Source of the DNA: Octopus sinensis
Taxonomy: Eukaryota
DNA length: 64,000 nt
Direction: 5' to 3'
NCBI RefSeq assembly: GCF_006345805.1
Contig: NC_043022.1
Coordinates: forward strand, 23,870,001-23,934,000
Shown here: one piece after another, positions 39,312 through 53,161 of the stretch
Numbering within the stretch: the stretch's first letter is position 1
Layout: each line of letters begins with the position of its first letter
Program-made: the position numbers and the translations under genes
The notes under the pieces: generated by a model
Databases searched by the model: none
Told to the model about the DNA's origin: nothing
Seen by the model: the letters and a program-made list of their open reading frames with translations, nothing else

Positions 39312-39727
39312 TATAGTGGTTTTTACTAAATAATCTTTTAAAATACTATTAACTTACGTTTGACAAAAAAAAAAAAGGTAATTTATACTTGTATAGATAG
39401 GGATAAATCTTACACTAAATTATTAATTCCCATAATGTTTATATAGATAGGCTGTAGGATTTGATGTGTTTATAATATAGTCGTTGAGGGTTTCCTTACG
39501 TTTAGCACTTTCTATAAAAAAATATCGGTATTGTAATTTCAGGTGTTTAAATTTTTTAAAATTTGTTTAATTTTTTAATTTTCTAAAAAATATATTTGTA
39601 ATTTATATATTTTTATTATATTTCTATTATATTATATTTGTATTCATATTCTTATTTTTCTATTTAATATGACTTATAATATGTATTTTTAACTTTGATC
39701 TGTTAATAATAATAACAATAAAGTTAA

Positions 39728-39810
39728 ATTGCCTGAGGACGCACTGGTGGATTAATGTATTTGGTATATACTTTATAAACTCCTACCAGCGCAGAAACAC
39801 GTGTAGCGTT
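39728..39810 (+). ncRNA. Type I hammerhead motif, partly degenerate
   Basis: CTGAGGA 39733-39739; stem II CGCACTGGTGG//CCTACCAGCGCA with two mismatches; GAAACACGTGTA| ending at 39805. Confidence 0.7.
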
Positions 39811-40317
39811 GATTAAAAATATTTTCTTTCCCCACAGACTAATAACAGGTAAGTTATATAGATTTTTTCTAATAATTTTATTGTTTTTTATAGTAGGTTT
39901 TTTTTAATGCTTGTATTATTTTGTTGGATATAACTTTCTTTGTGTATTCCAAACAAAATTTTTTTCCTGAAATAGGAGTTGCGGTTCTATTGGTAAAATC
40001 CCTAAAATGTAAATACTAGAGTACAGAATGGACAATGTCTGGCTGACGAGCGTTTGTAATACATACATGAACAGTATATATATTTTTGTATAAACATGTA
40101 TACGCAAACAACATAAACATGCATACACACAGTTTATTGCATTCTCACAACAGTAATGATATAATATTATGAATGATACTGTTTCCATTGCATTAGTAAA
40201 GTGTAAAATAGTAAATGTCCTGATAACCTGGAATACTTATTATTCCCTAAGATTTAAAAAATATTCATATATACATACATATATATATATATACATATAT
40301 ATATACATATATATATG

Positions 40318-40408
<91 letters not shown>

Positions 40409-41653
40409 CGGTTTGGAGATGATGTACAGGTATTTTATATTAGAAGAAATGAGGTACTCAGAATTCGGATGGTTTTATATTTACAGATATTTATTTGTAT
40501 ATTACATTTTTTTTATACATCATATAACTTATATCATATATCAGCGCTTTCGTCCATTCTGGTGGATTTTTCAAATTGAACTAAGTTCCTGTTGAAAAAT
40601 TTTGACCATTTTATAGTGTTATTGAGTGTGTAGTTGTGGGGAGGGATATAAGATAGTACAAGAGGGTGATGAATGGGGAAAAAGTGAGAGAGAGAGAGCA
40701 TGGGTGTGTTGTGTGTGTTTTTGTATCTGAAAGAAGTGTTAGAGAAAAAGAAGGAAAGGAAGAAAAGGGACAGAAGGAAAACCATAAATTATATTTCCTT
40801 TTTATCATTGTCTTGTGAGAGTGTGTGTGTGTTTATGTGCGCGCGTGTGTGGTGCGTGTGTTTGTGTCTTTGTATCTGAAAGAAGTGTTAAGGAGGAATG
40901 GTCAAGTTGTTAAGAGTAATCAGTACCACTTTTGTTTTTATTTTTTTGCAACTGTAAATGGTTTTTGGTTTTTAGAAATTGGCCATTTCAAAAAAGAATT
41001 GTCTGGATTTCTTTTTATTATTGTTTTGTGAAGGTGTGTGTGTGTGTGTGGGGGGGGGTGAATCTGGAAGGGGTGTCGTTGGAGAAAGGAAGAAAGAAGA
41101 AAAAGAGGAAGAAGAAATAAATGTTTGATTCCTGTGCTTACATGGGATGGAAAATCTGGATTACAAAAACAGGTTTGTTTTATTCACATTTGAAAAGTCA
41201 ATTTGCTTTGGTGATCAACAAGAATGTAGAGTAATATACAGTGCACTAAATGCTACACTATGTTTGTTAAATTATAAATTGAAAGATTTGTCTGTCAGTG
41301 TATGATGAGCAAAATTTCATAAGGTCCATACTTGAAAAAGAGACTTCCTTGTGTTGAAATTAGAGATAACAGAATACAAACTGACAACCACTGAGTCTGT
41401 TGTCTGATCTTCAGTTGATTTAGTCTAATATCTCACTGATTGACAGCTAAATAAATATTAAGTTTTATCATACAGAAGCAACTGGTTCCACAAATTAAAG
41501 TAAAATGGTTTCGTTCAAATATTAGAATATCATTTGTTCAATGTTGTATTTTCAAAAACCAAAACATATGTGTAGAATTGTGTGTGTGTGTTTAATACAG
41601 TTTACTTTACAAATTTGGTCCTTCATCTGGTACAGCTTATTATAGAGATATTT

Positions 41654-42014
41654 TCAGCCATTCAATTTGGGGGAGAACTTAGTTATGAAGTACTTTTCCA
41701 TATTCCTCCTGAAGGAGGTGTCATTCTTTGGACATTTGTAGAAGGGAAAAATCTTAAATTTTCCTTCTCCACATGTATCTAGCTGTTTACTCAGTGGTAT
41801 CTTGCGCAGTTCCTCCTGTCGGTGAATTCTGGCTCGTTAGCATAAAGAATTTCCAGTTTCACCTATGTAATCCTCCTTGCACGTGGGGCAGGTCATGCAG
41901 TATATTACGTTCTGCGTCTTGCAGTTCATATCTGCATTTATTTTGAATATGTGACCACTTTTAAATTTCATTTCTTTGTCTCCCTCTATGTATTTGTAGG
42001 TGGGATTACTGCAG
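41654..42014 (-). pseudogene. Penelope-like (Neptune-like) GIY-YIG endonuclease C-terminus
   Basis: MNCKTQNVIYCMTCPTCKEDYIGETGNSLC*RARIHRQ...PLSKQLDTCGEGKFKIFPFY...MEKYFITKFSPKLNG*. Confidence 0.9.
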
Positions 42015-42224
42015 ATCGTGAATTATTGCATATTGCAATAATAAATATATTCTATTATATTTTTAATTGCATTATAATTATGTCATTTTCTGCTATCATC
42101 ATTCATTCGGACATTAACTTTTAATTAAAGCAGCTTCTTCACATTTTGTGTTTTGTCTGTCCTTGTTCGTCCCATTTTGTACGGCTTTTGTGGCCAATTT
42201 AATGAAATAATGAAGCTTGCTTCC

Positions 42225-42608
42225 CAGGCACCTTGGGCAAGTGTTTTCTACTGTAGCCTGAGACCGACCAATGCCTTGCGAGTGGATTTAGTAGATGGAA
42301 GCTGAAAGAAGACCATCATATGTATATGTGTGTGTTTGTGTATGTGTGTGTGTGTGCGTGTATGTGTGTCTCTGTGTGTGTGTGTGTGTGTGTCTATAAC
42401 AGTGTTTCGTTGTGTCTTTGTTTGTCCACCAACACCTTGACGACCGATGTTAGTGCGATTATGTCCCTGTAACTTAGCGGTTCGGCAAACGATTCCGATA
42501 AAATAAGTACAAGGCTTTGAAAAATAAGTCCTGGAATCGATTTGTTCGACAAAAGCCTCTGAAGACGGGGCCCCAACATGACCGCAGTCAAATGACCAAA
42601 ACAAGAAA
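42225..42608 (+). mobile_element. SINE family A, 5'-truncated
   Basis: Starts at ggcaccttgggcaagtg and ends with the tail. Confidence 0.75.
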
Positions 42609-43727
42609 AAGCTATATATATATATATATATAATATATATATATATCAGAGGCGACTCCAAGCCTCCAGGACATTCTTTAAAACGAAGAAGAGTTGCACT
42701 TTGTCCATCTCACTCTGGTTTGTGACCATCTTCAGTCCGATAGCAAGAGCAGATCAAGACGACTGAGGATAGAGACAGATGCAGTGGTTGACCAAGATGT
42801 ATGACTTGCTCCATCTTGCTCTCTGCACTCCACAATGCGTTGCTGCAACTGCTTGCCTCTTCGTTGAACCAAGGAGGTTTCTTCTGTGGAGTCCACTGGA
42901 TCCAGTCTTCACATACGTAGGCAGTCAAGCTCTAATATGCTACTTAACCCATAGCTGGTACCCTGACAAGTGTTACTGCTCCGTGTCAGAGTAAAAAAAA
43001 AAAAACCGTGAAGTTATCTTCTCGAGTCATACCGACTCATAAGGGGCCGGTTTCATGGCGTATATATTCCACGCCTGAACAAGATGCCGCTTCGTCACAG
43101 GATTCTTTTTTTTTTTGCCAGCTGAGTGCTCTGGAGCAACATGAAATCAAGTGTTTTGCGCAACAACACAACGCATCGCCCGGTCCAGGATTTCGAAACC
43201 ACAATCTTACGATCACCTTAACCACTAAGCCAGGCGGATCAGAGTAGACCTGGGAACAATTGTGGCTAAGAAGTGGTTCCACACTCCTAAAAGCCCGAAT
43301 CTCCCAACCCAGGCGGCCACTACTGGATGCAGCTTGAATTCATACTCAATACTCCGAACGACCGGGTTACGCTAGAGTTTCTCAAGGGAATAATCATGAG
43401 GATTGAAAAGTTGACAGACATATTGCCACATTAATACAATTAAGATGGTCTCCTACTGTTTGAACTCGCTAGACACATTGGTGAGAAAGAATTATATGGA
43501 CGCATAATTTATTTTGTCACCTCATTAATAAAGAGGAGGAGAGGTGCAAAAATAAGTTCGGTAATATTTGTGAGAACCGGTGATTGTCAGCCAGAGATAT
43601 AAGAGACTTCATAGGAAATGGTTCACCATGTCTGACAACAGCAAAAAGCGTTTGCCTGGGAAAATGCTTGCACATATATACATGTGTGTGTGCGTGTGTT
43701 TGTGTGCGTGTGTGTATTTTTCTGTTA

Positions 43728-44112
43728 TCTTTTACTTCTTTCAGTCAGCAGACTGCGGTCATACTGGAGCACTGCTTTGAGGAGTTTTAGCTGAATGAAT
43801 TGAACCCAGTATTATTTCAAATAAAGGCTCGTACTTAATCTAACGGTCCCCCTGGCCGAACTTATTAATTTACTGGGACGTAAACACACTGACACGGGTT
43901 GTTAGGCGATGGTAGGGGACAAACACAGACACAAAGACAGATACACACACACATAAATATATATATATATGTATGCAATGGGCTTCTTTACAGTTTCCGT
44001 ATAACCAATCCACTGAAAAAACCTTTAGTCGGCTTCAAGCTATAGGAGAAGACACTTGCCTAAGGTGTCACGCAGTGGGATTCAACTTAGAACCATGTAG
44101 TTGGGAAGCAGA
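43728..44112 (-). mobile_element. SINE family A, diverged
   Basis: Colinear match to the family consensus. Confidence 0.75.
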
Positions 44113-44195
44113 CAGGAACAAGCAAGAAAAAACAACAACGCGAGGACGTGGAATATGTACAGTGTTATTGGACGCTCAGGAAAGAAAAGAAAGAG

Positions 44196-44232
44196 GATAT
44201 CACGTTTCGAGCGGAGCTCTTCATCAGAAACA
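44196..44232 (-). ncRNA. Minimal hammerhead with canonical CTGATGA plus extra A (relative of family C)
   Basis: TGTTT-CTGATGA-A-GAGC(tcc)GCTC-GAAA-CGTG; N17=G so probably inactive. Confidence 0.6.
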
Positions 44233-44352
44233 TAGAAAAAGGAAAGGTCTAAGGAAGGGAAGACGGAGAAAGAAAATCGCCAACGATACACACACACATA
44301 TATATATATATATATTATATATGGTATTACTATTATATATTATATATGGTAT

Positions 44353-44390
<38 letters not shown>

Positions 44391-45443
44391 TATTACTATT
44401 ATTATTATTGAGCGAGAAAGCAGCGCACGCCATCAAAATAAGATTGGGGTACAAATATACGAAACCCAATATACCCATCATGACTACCCGACTGATAAGG
44501 GTACACCAGGCACATGCATTGCAACCATATGTGCGCGATATGGTGATCTCATTTCACGATAAACAGCATATGACCTTGTGGGTGAGGCCCAGTTAGAATT
44601 CCCTCTTTTTCTGTCTCACTCCACCTCTTCCTCCTCTCTAACAAACTAAAATGCAAAGTGTAAACGAACAGTTAGAAGAATATTATAGATTCAGTTCAAT
44701 AAAAAAAAATTAGTTTCATTATCAACACACCACCAGCAGCAGCAGCACCATCATCATCATTATAGTTTTCAGTAACAAAACTCATTTCATTTTGTTTCTG
44801 TCCAGCCGTTTGTTTATATCTAGTTTTTCTTGCTGTCGATGTATCTCTACTCTGACAATACAAAGGCTATCTCCCCCTCTCTCTCTTATAATGTATCTGC
44901 CTCGCCTGCCCATATTTTTCTGTCTGCCTTTCTTTAACCTCACCACCAGAACACCAGCCTCTGTTGAATATTGTATCCTGAACATATTTCTTTTTACTTT
45001 TTCCTCTCCACTTTACAGCACGTCGTTAACACTTCTCTCTCCCTCTTTTCTCTCACCGTCATTTTCTCCCGCTCTCCGTCACTCCCTTCAACTAACCACA
45101 TGACACATTTAATCTTATTATACATATTTCTCTGCTTCTTCCTCACATCTTTCTTCTCTACTCATACTCTACCACCCCCTCTCTCTCTCAGACACATTTA
45201 CTCCACCACTCACTCACTCCACATTCACCGCTCTAACTCACTAAAGTATAACGGGCGAAAGAACAAGCAGACTATTATATAGACAGAGAAAGTGAAGCGG
45301 ATATTCTAGAGCAACTAGGTCAAATCTATCTTAATTAGTTTATAGCACTGATCGGTCGATTAATAGATCGATCACTTGAAACTGTGTTGGTCTGCTCGAT
45401 GTGTCTGACCGAGTATCAAAGGGTTTCGAATTGCCCATGTATA

Positions 45444-45481
<38 letters not shown>

Positions 45482-46666
45482 CTTGTTCGTATCTGTGGTG
45501 TTTCATGTTCTTGTCCATGTCTGTAATTATTTTTACTGTTTACCTATATAATCGGCGGCGGCTACGTATCCACAATTGTCCTTATACGATAAGTATTTTT
45601 TTCTCTAGCATTGATACGACTCTTAATCTGTCTCTTTCTCTCTCTCTCCTCATCTCCCTCCCTTATTCCCCATTTTTTTTCCTTCTTTCCCTCTCCATCC
45701 GTCTCCCCCCCTCAACGTTTCTCTATCTCTCACCTCCAGCCCTCGATCTGTCTCTTTTTTCTCCCATCCCTCGTCCACCTTCTCTCTCTTTCATCTGTCC
45801 CTTTCTCCTGTCTTTTGTTCTCACGTGACCGCTAGCCGCTGTTGACGCTCTTTTCGTTTCAGCAGTCGCAGAAGCAACACGTATTTGTTCGTCTCCCCGC
45901 GGCCATAGGCACAAACTTCACAAGCCAGCCCCATACTCAACTCGTCCTGTCGAAGACCCTTGTCCTACGTCCTGGTTTTGTTTTGTTGTTTATTTTTTAT
46001 TTTTACCGTTATTGTTTTATACGTTTTTGTATTCTTATTGGTGTCACATATTCTGTATTTTTGGTTGTGTCTTCTTCGTTTTCCGTCCTCGCGTTGTATA
46101 CATTCGAAGCTTTCTTCCAGGGGATCTAATGCGCTTGGCTAGATTTCCCCTTGGCGGGCTGGCCAAAAATCGGGCAATCTCAAGATTAATCAGCCGAAAT
46201 TGCTAAGATGATCTGGTTCTTGACTGATGACTGAGGGCTTCGAATGTCCCTTCCGTGGTTCTGTGTCGTCTCTTGTGGTTTTCATGTTCTTGTCCATGTC
46301 TGTAATTATTTTTACTGTTTACCTATATATTAATATATATATATTCTTTTATTTGTTTCAGTCATTTGACTGCGGCCATGCTGGAGCACCTCTTTTAGTC
46401 GAAAAAATCGACCCCGGACTTATTCTTTGTTAGCCTAGTACTTATTCTATCGATCATTTTTGTCGAACTGCTAGGTTATTGGAACGTAAACGCACTAACA
46501 TCGGTTGTCAAGCGATTGTGGGAGCCAACATACACACAAACCTATATATATATATATAATATATATATTAAATATATAATATATATATATATATATGTAT
46601 GTATTATATATACATACATACAATACCATGCATACATACATATATATTATAATATATATATATATA

Positions 46667-46982
46667 CGAGCAAAACTCCCTCCGTCCAATGGACGATGCT
46701 GAGTTGTCAACATTAAACCAAATTTTTCTCAAAACAACTTGTCCGAACGTCCCTTTGAGAGACACTGATTTAACATAAATTTGAGACACCCGCAAAAGAC
46801 AGATTTCGACTGATGGACTTGCGCGTACAAATGCACGTTCCCACGGCTTTATCGATCGCATTCTCACCTGGAATCGATTTTTGTACATTTTTCAAGTCTT
46901 ATTCACGCCCTGACACCGTCGGTATCTACATATCAAATTTGAGCGCAATCGGATGGAGGATGCCCGAGATCCCAGAAGACAC

Positions 46983-47013
<31 letters not shown>

Positions 47014-47034
47014 GAACGGATTTTATATAATAGA
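46667..47034 (-). mobile_element. Non-autonomous Helitron inside a SINE A microsatellite
   Basis: Minus strand 5' TCTATTATATAAA, 3' hairpin ccgtccaatggacg then CTCG|T. Confidence 0.7.
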
Positions 47035-47244
47035 TATTGTACTGTTCCGTGATGGTAAGATTAACAAAAAAAAAAGTACTCCATCTACCGAGAGATAAAT
47101 ACTATTATCTAATAAACCCAATATATATTTTATGAGCTACTGATAGTTTCATGCAATAATAACAACTCAGACAGTATTGATGTTCCTTCGCATAGAACTA
47201 TTAGTAACTCATAAAAATATATATATTGTGCTTATTCGATATAT

Positions 47245-47550
47245 CTTTTATCTTCTTTTACTTGTTTCAGTCATTAGACTGTGGCCATGCTGCCTTACCG
47301 CCTTGAATTTTTAGTCGAACAAATCGACATCGATCCCCTGCCCAGAACTTCTTCTACAAGCCTGGTACTTATTTTATCGATCTCTTTGCCGAACTGCTAA
47401 GCTACGGGGACGCAAGCACACCAATTGTCTACTGGTGGTGGGAGACAAACACAGATACAAAGACAACCTCCATCCCCCCTGTATTATATATATATATATA
47501 TATACGCATTTATACATACATCCATATATACATATATATACATATATATG

Positions 47551-47584
<34 letters not shown>

Positions 47585-47746
47585 CAAGGAGCGTCTTTTA
47601 GTTTCAGTCTACCAAATCTACTCACAAGGCTTTGGTCAACCCGAGGCTATAGCAGAAGCCGATTGCTCAAGGGGCCACGTTGTGGGACTGAACCCGTAAC
47701 AATGTATTTGGGAAGCAAGATCTCACCACACAGCCACACCAGCGCC
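47245..47746 (-). mobile_element. SINE family A, diverged
   Basis: Tail to head colinear. Confidence 0.75.
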
Positions 47747-48299
47747 TAGACATACAAACATACACACAAGCACAATTATATTTATGTATTCTTACAGCAC
47801 CACTGGAGTGTATCATGACTAAATTAACATAGACATATATCCAGATGTATTTGTGACTACATCAACCAATACAATGTGGGTTGTGCATACGTTTATCTGT
47901 GCGTGTTACAATGCTTTTGTGAGGAAATGAAATTTGTATCTGATTGCTTTTGATATCAAATCTCTGAACGAATGAATCGGAGAGCAAGCAAGGCGTTAAG
48001 GAGAGAAAGGATGCCGGAATGAATGACAAGAGTGGAGAGGCGTAGGTGAAGAGAGAGGAAGATCGGAGCTTACAACCGCTAAAGTCACCACCGACATCAC
48101 TGCCGCGCCTATTCTACCTCCCAGCACCACCACATCTGCCAGTACCACTAGCACCCAAACCGATACAATCACAACTACCATCATTATCACACCACCGCCT
48201 GGGGGAGCTGATCAGAGGAAACACAATCAACTAATGACAAGAGAGATTGGTTGTTTAAAACGAAGTCATATATTTATCTATTTATCCAACTTGAGGGGG

Positions 48300-48300
48300 T

Positions 48301-48358
<58 letters not shown>

Positions 48359-48578
48359 CAGCAGCAGCAGCAACAAAAGTAGTAGTAGTAGTAGTAGCAG
48401 CAGCAGCAGCAACAACAAAAGTAGTAGTAGTAGCAGCAGCAGCAACAAAAGTAGTAGTAGTAGTAGTAGTAGTAGTAGCAACAACAAAAGTAGTAGTAGT
48501 AGTAGTAGTAGTAGTAGCAACAACAAAAGTAGTAGTAGTAGTTGTAGCAGCAGCAACAAAAGTAGTAGTAGTAGTAGT
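48300..48578. repeat. Compound (TAG)n/(CAG)n/(CAA)n higher-order minisatellite
   Basis: Repeated (agt)n-agc-aac-aac-aaa blocks. Confidence 0.9.
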
Positions 48579-48814
48579 GACGGTTGTTGATTTTGCTGTT
48601 ATGGTCTTTGTCCCCACTTCCCACCACTCCAGGGACACTACCACCACCACCACCTCATCCGTCCCGTCCGTCCATCCATCCATTTCCTTTCTGCAGATCC
48701 ATTGATGTTCACTGGACCGGAGCAGACACAATTTAAGTGACCGTATTAAAATGATTGGACTTTAAAATGACACTAGAATAGCTAACTACTTTTTTGTGTG
48801 TGTGTGTGTGTGTT

Positions 48815-48860
<46 letters not shown>

Positions 48861-49331
48861 TGTGTGCAAGTCTGAAATCTTTTGAGCACTATTGTCTTCT
48901 ATACGGAGAATCTTTGGATCTCATTTGTGAACTATATGTGTCTATATAGTAGAAGACACTTGCCGGTGCCACGCAATCGGACTGAACCCGGGACGACGTG
49001 CTTGGGAATTAACCTTCTTACTACAACAGCACCCCCCGCCTGTGTGTGAGTGTAAATATCCAAGAATGTAATCGGACATCATAGCTGTGTGCGTGTAGGT
49101 GTAATACATTGTGTGTACGCGTGACACTGTGTTCATATGTGTATGGTTGTGTCTTTATGTGACACAGTGTGAGCGTTCTACAGTGTAGTTGATAGAGTAT
49201 GACACTTTGATACAGTGTGTGTGTGTGTATGTGTGCAGCACAATGTACGTGTGCCTCGTTGCATGTATGTGTTTGTGCATATATGTACCTATGGCATGCG
49301 TATGTGTCGTGTGTATATATATATATATATA

Positions 49332-49381
<50 letters not shown>

Positions 49382-49540
49382 TATATATATATATGTGTGT
49401 GTATATATGTGCATGTACGTGTACGCGTTTGCGTATGTGAATAAGAAAGAAATATTGGGTCTGTTAATGTACATTGATTGTATGAGTGTGTCATACTGTA
49501 TATGTATATGTGTTTATGTGTGTACGAGAGAGAGATAGAG

Positions 49541-49587
<47 letters not shown>

Positions 49588-50402
49588 CGTGCGTATGTCT
49601 AGTAAGCGTTTCGTCACGTGTCATCTCCTTTGGCAGTAATTTTTGTTAATTCTATTAGCTAGAAAACGGGCGACATTTTGTCAGCTTTTAAAATGTGTCC
49701 ACTTTACTTTTCGGTAAATGGAGAGCAAAAACGATAACAACAAAAACAACACCCCCGACTACAATAAACCATGACTACTATAACAGCAATAACAACAACT
49801 ACAAAGGGTTAGCAATGGTTGATTGAAACGTATTCGTTTAAATGCGGCTATTTAGAGAGATAGAGAGAGATGGGGGGGGGGAAACAGAGGGAAAGATAGA
49901 GAAGAAGAGAGAGAAAAGATAAGCTGGTACGGATGGGAGAGACAACGTGTCTTTTAGATGTCTGATTTATAAACGATAAATATCGCTATGAAGTTATATT
50001 TCATTTATAGTTTGTAGGGGAGTGAGGAAGTGTTTGTCGGTTATGCTTTTCCTTTAAAGTCGTCTGCTAACATTAATTGATTAAAGCGCCACCTATGCTA
50101 CAGAGAGAGGAAGAAAGAGGAATGGAGAGTGAAACTAGAAGAGCCCTACTAATTTCTTAAAGCATCTTTTATGTTTTATACGTGTACAGGCACACATACA
50201 TAAACATACACACCTCTCTCTCTTCTTTCTTTCTCTCCTCTCTCTCTTTATTTATATATATATATATAGACAGAGACAGATAGACAGAGAAAGCTAGAGA
50301 GACAGAGACAAAGAGAGAGAGACATGCCTCAACTTACGTCGTTAATTGGTTCCTAGACATGCGACTTATCTCGAAAAACGCCATAACACACACACACACA
50401 TA

Positions 50403-50448
<46 letters not shown>

Positions 50449-50759
50449 GATAAACATCAAAAGTTCAAAATTCATTGAAATTCATTGAAAAAAAAAACAA
50501 CTTCCGGCCGCTATAAAGTACTATGGTTTAATTATTTAAATAAACATAAAATTTATAAAATATTATGTCAAGAAAAAAATGTCAAAAGAAACACAAAAAG
50601 AAAAAAAATGAAAAAAAAACTAAATAAGACAGTAAAACAAACATTTATTTGATATGTGACTTCGATGAGTTTGATTAGCCAGAAATGGAAGTTGCAGAAG
50701 TATGCATTATAGTGTTGACATTGAAATCGATAGAAGTCTGTTCGTTATCAAGTGTGTCC

Positions 50760-50940
50760 AATTCAGACTGTCGACTTTTCATCGAGCAGCAAAAACTTGT
50801 CTAGAGTATTTCGAATGGTTTTACCCTTCACGTCATTCAGAACAACCCCACATAAGCGCTGTGAAGAACCCGCATAATTTTAGCAAAGCGCTCAGCATTA
50901 GGATCTGTCTCCTCGAAAAGGATTAATGATTTCTCCATTC
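50760..50940 (-). pseudogene. Possible pogo/Tigger transposase C-terminal remnant (duplicated at ~51660-51840)
   Basis: LFEETDPNAERFAKIMRVLHSAY / KGKTIRNTLDKFL. Confidence 0.45.
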
Positions 50941-50990
50941 CACCTAATATCAGTATTTAAATATCGATCTTATCTTTATATATATATATA

Positions 50991-51288
50991 TCACCGTGAC
51001 CGACCAGGCTATCAGATGTTGCTACACATCGCTGGTCACAATGCGCTTCGCATTGATTTAGCCTTCAAATGACGCCACCCCGCTGGCTAAGCGAGCAGGC
51101 CAACAGAAGAAAGAGTGAGAGAAAGTTGTGGCGAAAGAGTACAGCAGGGATCCCCCCCACTACCGGAACCACGTGGAGCTTTAGGTGTTTTCGCTCAATA
51201 AACACTCACAACGCCTGGTCTGGGAATCAAAACCGCGATCCTACAACCGCGAGTCCGCTGCCCTAACCACTGGGCCATTGCGCCTCCA
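50991..51288 (-). mobile_element. Third tRNA-headed SINE family (garbled copy at ~51889-52200)
   Basis: Head GGCGCAATGGCCCAGTGGTTAGGGCAGCGGACTCGCGG...GATTCCCAGACC. Confidence 0.75.
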
Positions 51289-52229
51289 CACACACACATA
51301 CACACACACCACACACACACACACACACCACACACACACCACACACAAGATAAACATCAAAAGTTCAAAATTCATTGAAATTCATTGAAAAAAAAAAAAC
51401 AACTTCCGGCCGCTATAAAGTACTATGGTTTAATTATTTAAAAAACATAAAATTATAAAATATTATGTCAAGAAAAAAATGTCAAAAGAACACAAAAAGA
51501 AAAAAAATGAAAAAAAAACTAAATAAGACAGTAAAAAAACATTTATTTGATATGTGACTTCGATGAGTTTGATTAGCCAGAAATGGAAGTTGCAGAAGTA
51601 TGCATTATAGTGTTGACATTGAAATCGATAGAAGTCTGTTCGTTATCAAGTGTGTCCAATTCAGACTGTCGACTTTTCATCGAGCAGCAAAAACTTGTCT
51701 AGAGTATTTCGAATGGTTTTACCCTTCACGTCATTCAGAACAACCCCACATAAGCGCTGTGAAGAACCCGCATAATTTTAGCAAAGCGCTCAGCATTAGG
51801 ATCTGTCTCCTCGAAAAGGATTAATGATTTCTCCATTCCACCTAATATCAGTATTTAAATATCGATCTTATCTTTATATATATATATATCACCGTGACCG
51901 ACCAGGCTATCAGATGTTGCTACACATCGCTGGTCACAATGCGCTTCGCATTGATTAGCCTTCAAATGACGCCACCCCGCTGGCTAAGCGAGCAGCCAAC
52001 CGAAGAAAGAGTGAGAGAAAGGTTGTGGCCAAAGTGAAAGAGTTGGCAGACAGAGTATCCCCCCCCCCTACGCACCGACCACTGCTGGTGCTAGTGTTTT
52101 CGCTCAATAAACACCCACACAACGCTCATGGGAATCAACACCAAAACCGCGACCCTCCGACAACCCGCGCTAACCGCAATGGCCTAGCCACCACCACGGC
52201 CCACACAACACACACACACACATATATAT

Positions 52230-52530
52230 AAAAGCAAAAAGCTCCTTCGGTCATGAATGACCATGCAATTGCACCTAGAAAGTCACTCTCCGAGGCACAA
52301 GTCCGGGCGAGGTTGTTATCTCCACGCCACCGATGTTATCCAAGGGAAAGTCAAAGATCGACACAGCTTGGTACCTGTGACGTCGCAACTCATTCTACAG
52401 CTGAGTGAACTGGAGCAACGTGAAATAAAATGTCTTGCTCAAGAACACAACACACAGCCCGGTCCAGAATCTAACTCACTACCTCGTCATTGTGAGCCTG
52501 ACGCTCTAACTACTGAGCTTTGCGCCTTCA
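52230..52530 (-). mobile_element. Fourth tRNA-headed SINE family (relative at 42995-43237)
   Basis: Head GGCGCAAAGCTCAGTAGTTAGAGCG, then ttgtgttcttgagcaagaca...ctccagttcactcagctg. Confidence 0.7.
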
Positions 52531-52662
52531 CTACATATATATGTGTTTTTAGGGTGTGTGTGAGAGAGTCAAGATTTCGCGTAGGCGTAGCGTTTTTGAT
52601 AACCTTATGTTATAATTCAGTAAATGCTTCCTCAAATAAACTTATACTTCATATATATATAT

Positions 52663-52897
52663 AGGAAAAAAGCAACGAGAATGGATTAAAATATCGGTAC
52701 AATTGTTTCGTACGAGGACATCTTGTCCTCGTACGAAACAATTGTACCGATATTTTAATCCATTCTTGTTGCTTTTTTCCTATTTGTAAATCCCCCACTT
52801 GTCGTATGGTTAACACCATATAGATTTCGGTGCATCCTAGTAAGGACCATATTCATGTGAATTCATTAGAATTCACTTGATCTCATTACTTAAACCG
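52663..52897 (+). mobile_element. 3' part of the 12449 HHR family, folded back at stem II
   Basis: 52726-52897 matches 12511-12690; 52663-52720 is its inverted copy. Confidence 0.8.
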
Positions 52898-53118
52898 TAT
52901 ATATATATATATATATATTAGAATATATATATATATATATATATAATAAATTAGGGAATAAATCCAAATTACAGGGAAAAAATCAGATTTAGGATTAAAT
53001 CCAATTTTATAGTAAAATATTATATAATATTAATTCGAGACAAAACCACTATTTTGCAAAACAAACAAGGAAAGGCTTAATCAATACATAAAAATTTTTA
53101 ATATAAAGAAATAAACCG

Positions 53119-53161
53119 CCACTACAATCGTTTCATGTCTTCAATGACATTCGTCAGGTGG
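53119..53161 (-). ncRNA. Compact canonical type I hammerhead (mirror copy at 53238-53279 on +)
   Basis: CCAC-CTGACGA-ATGTC(attgaa)GACAT-GAAA-CGATTGT-A|GTGG; lies in a fold-back with ~170-bp arms (53023-53378). Confidence 0.85.

Larger units (their letters stand above)
50385..52210. repeat. ~900-bp direct tandem duplication (second copy garbled at its end)
   Basis: acacaagataaacatcaaaag at ~50443 and ~51343; copies differ mainly by homopolymer indels. Confidence 0.85.

Noticed and set aside
50085-50100. CTCF-like motif AGCGCCACCTATG
   Set aside because: Single partial match with no supporting context
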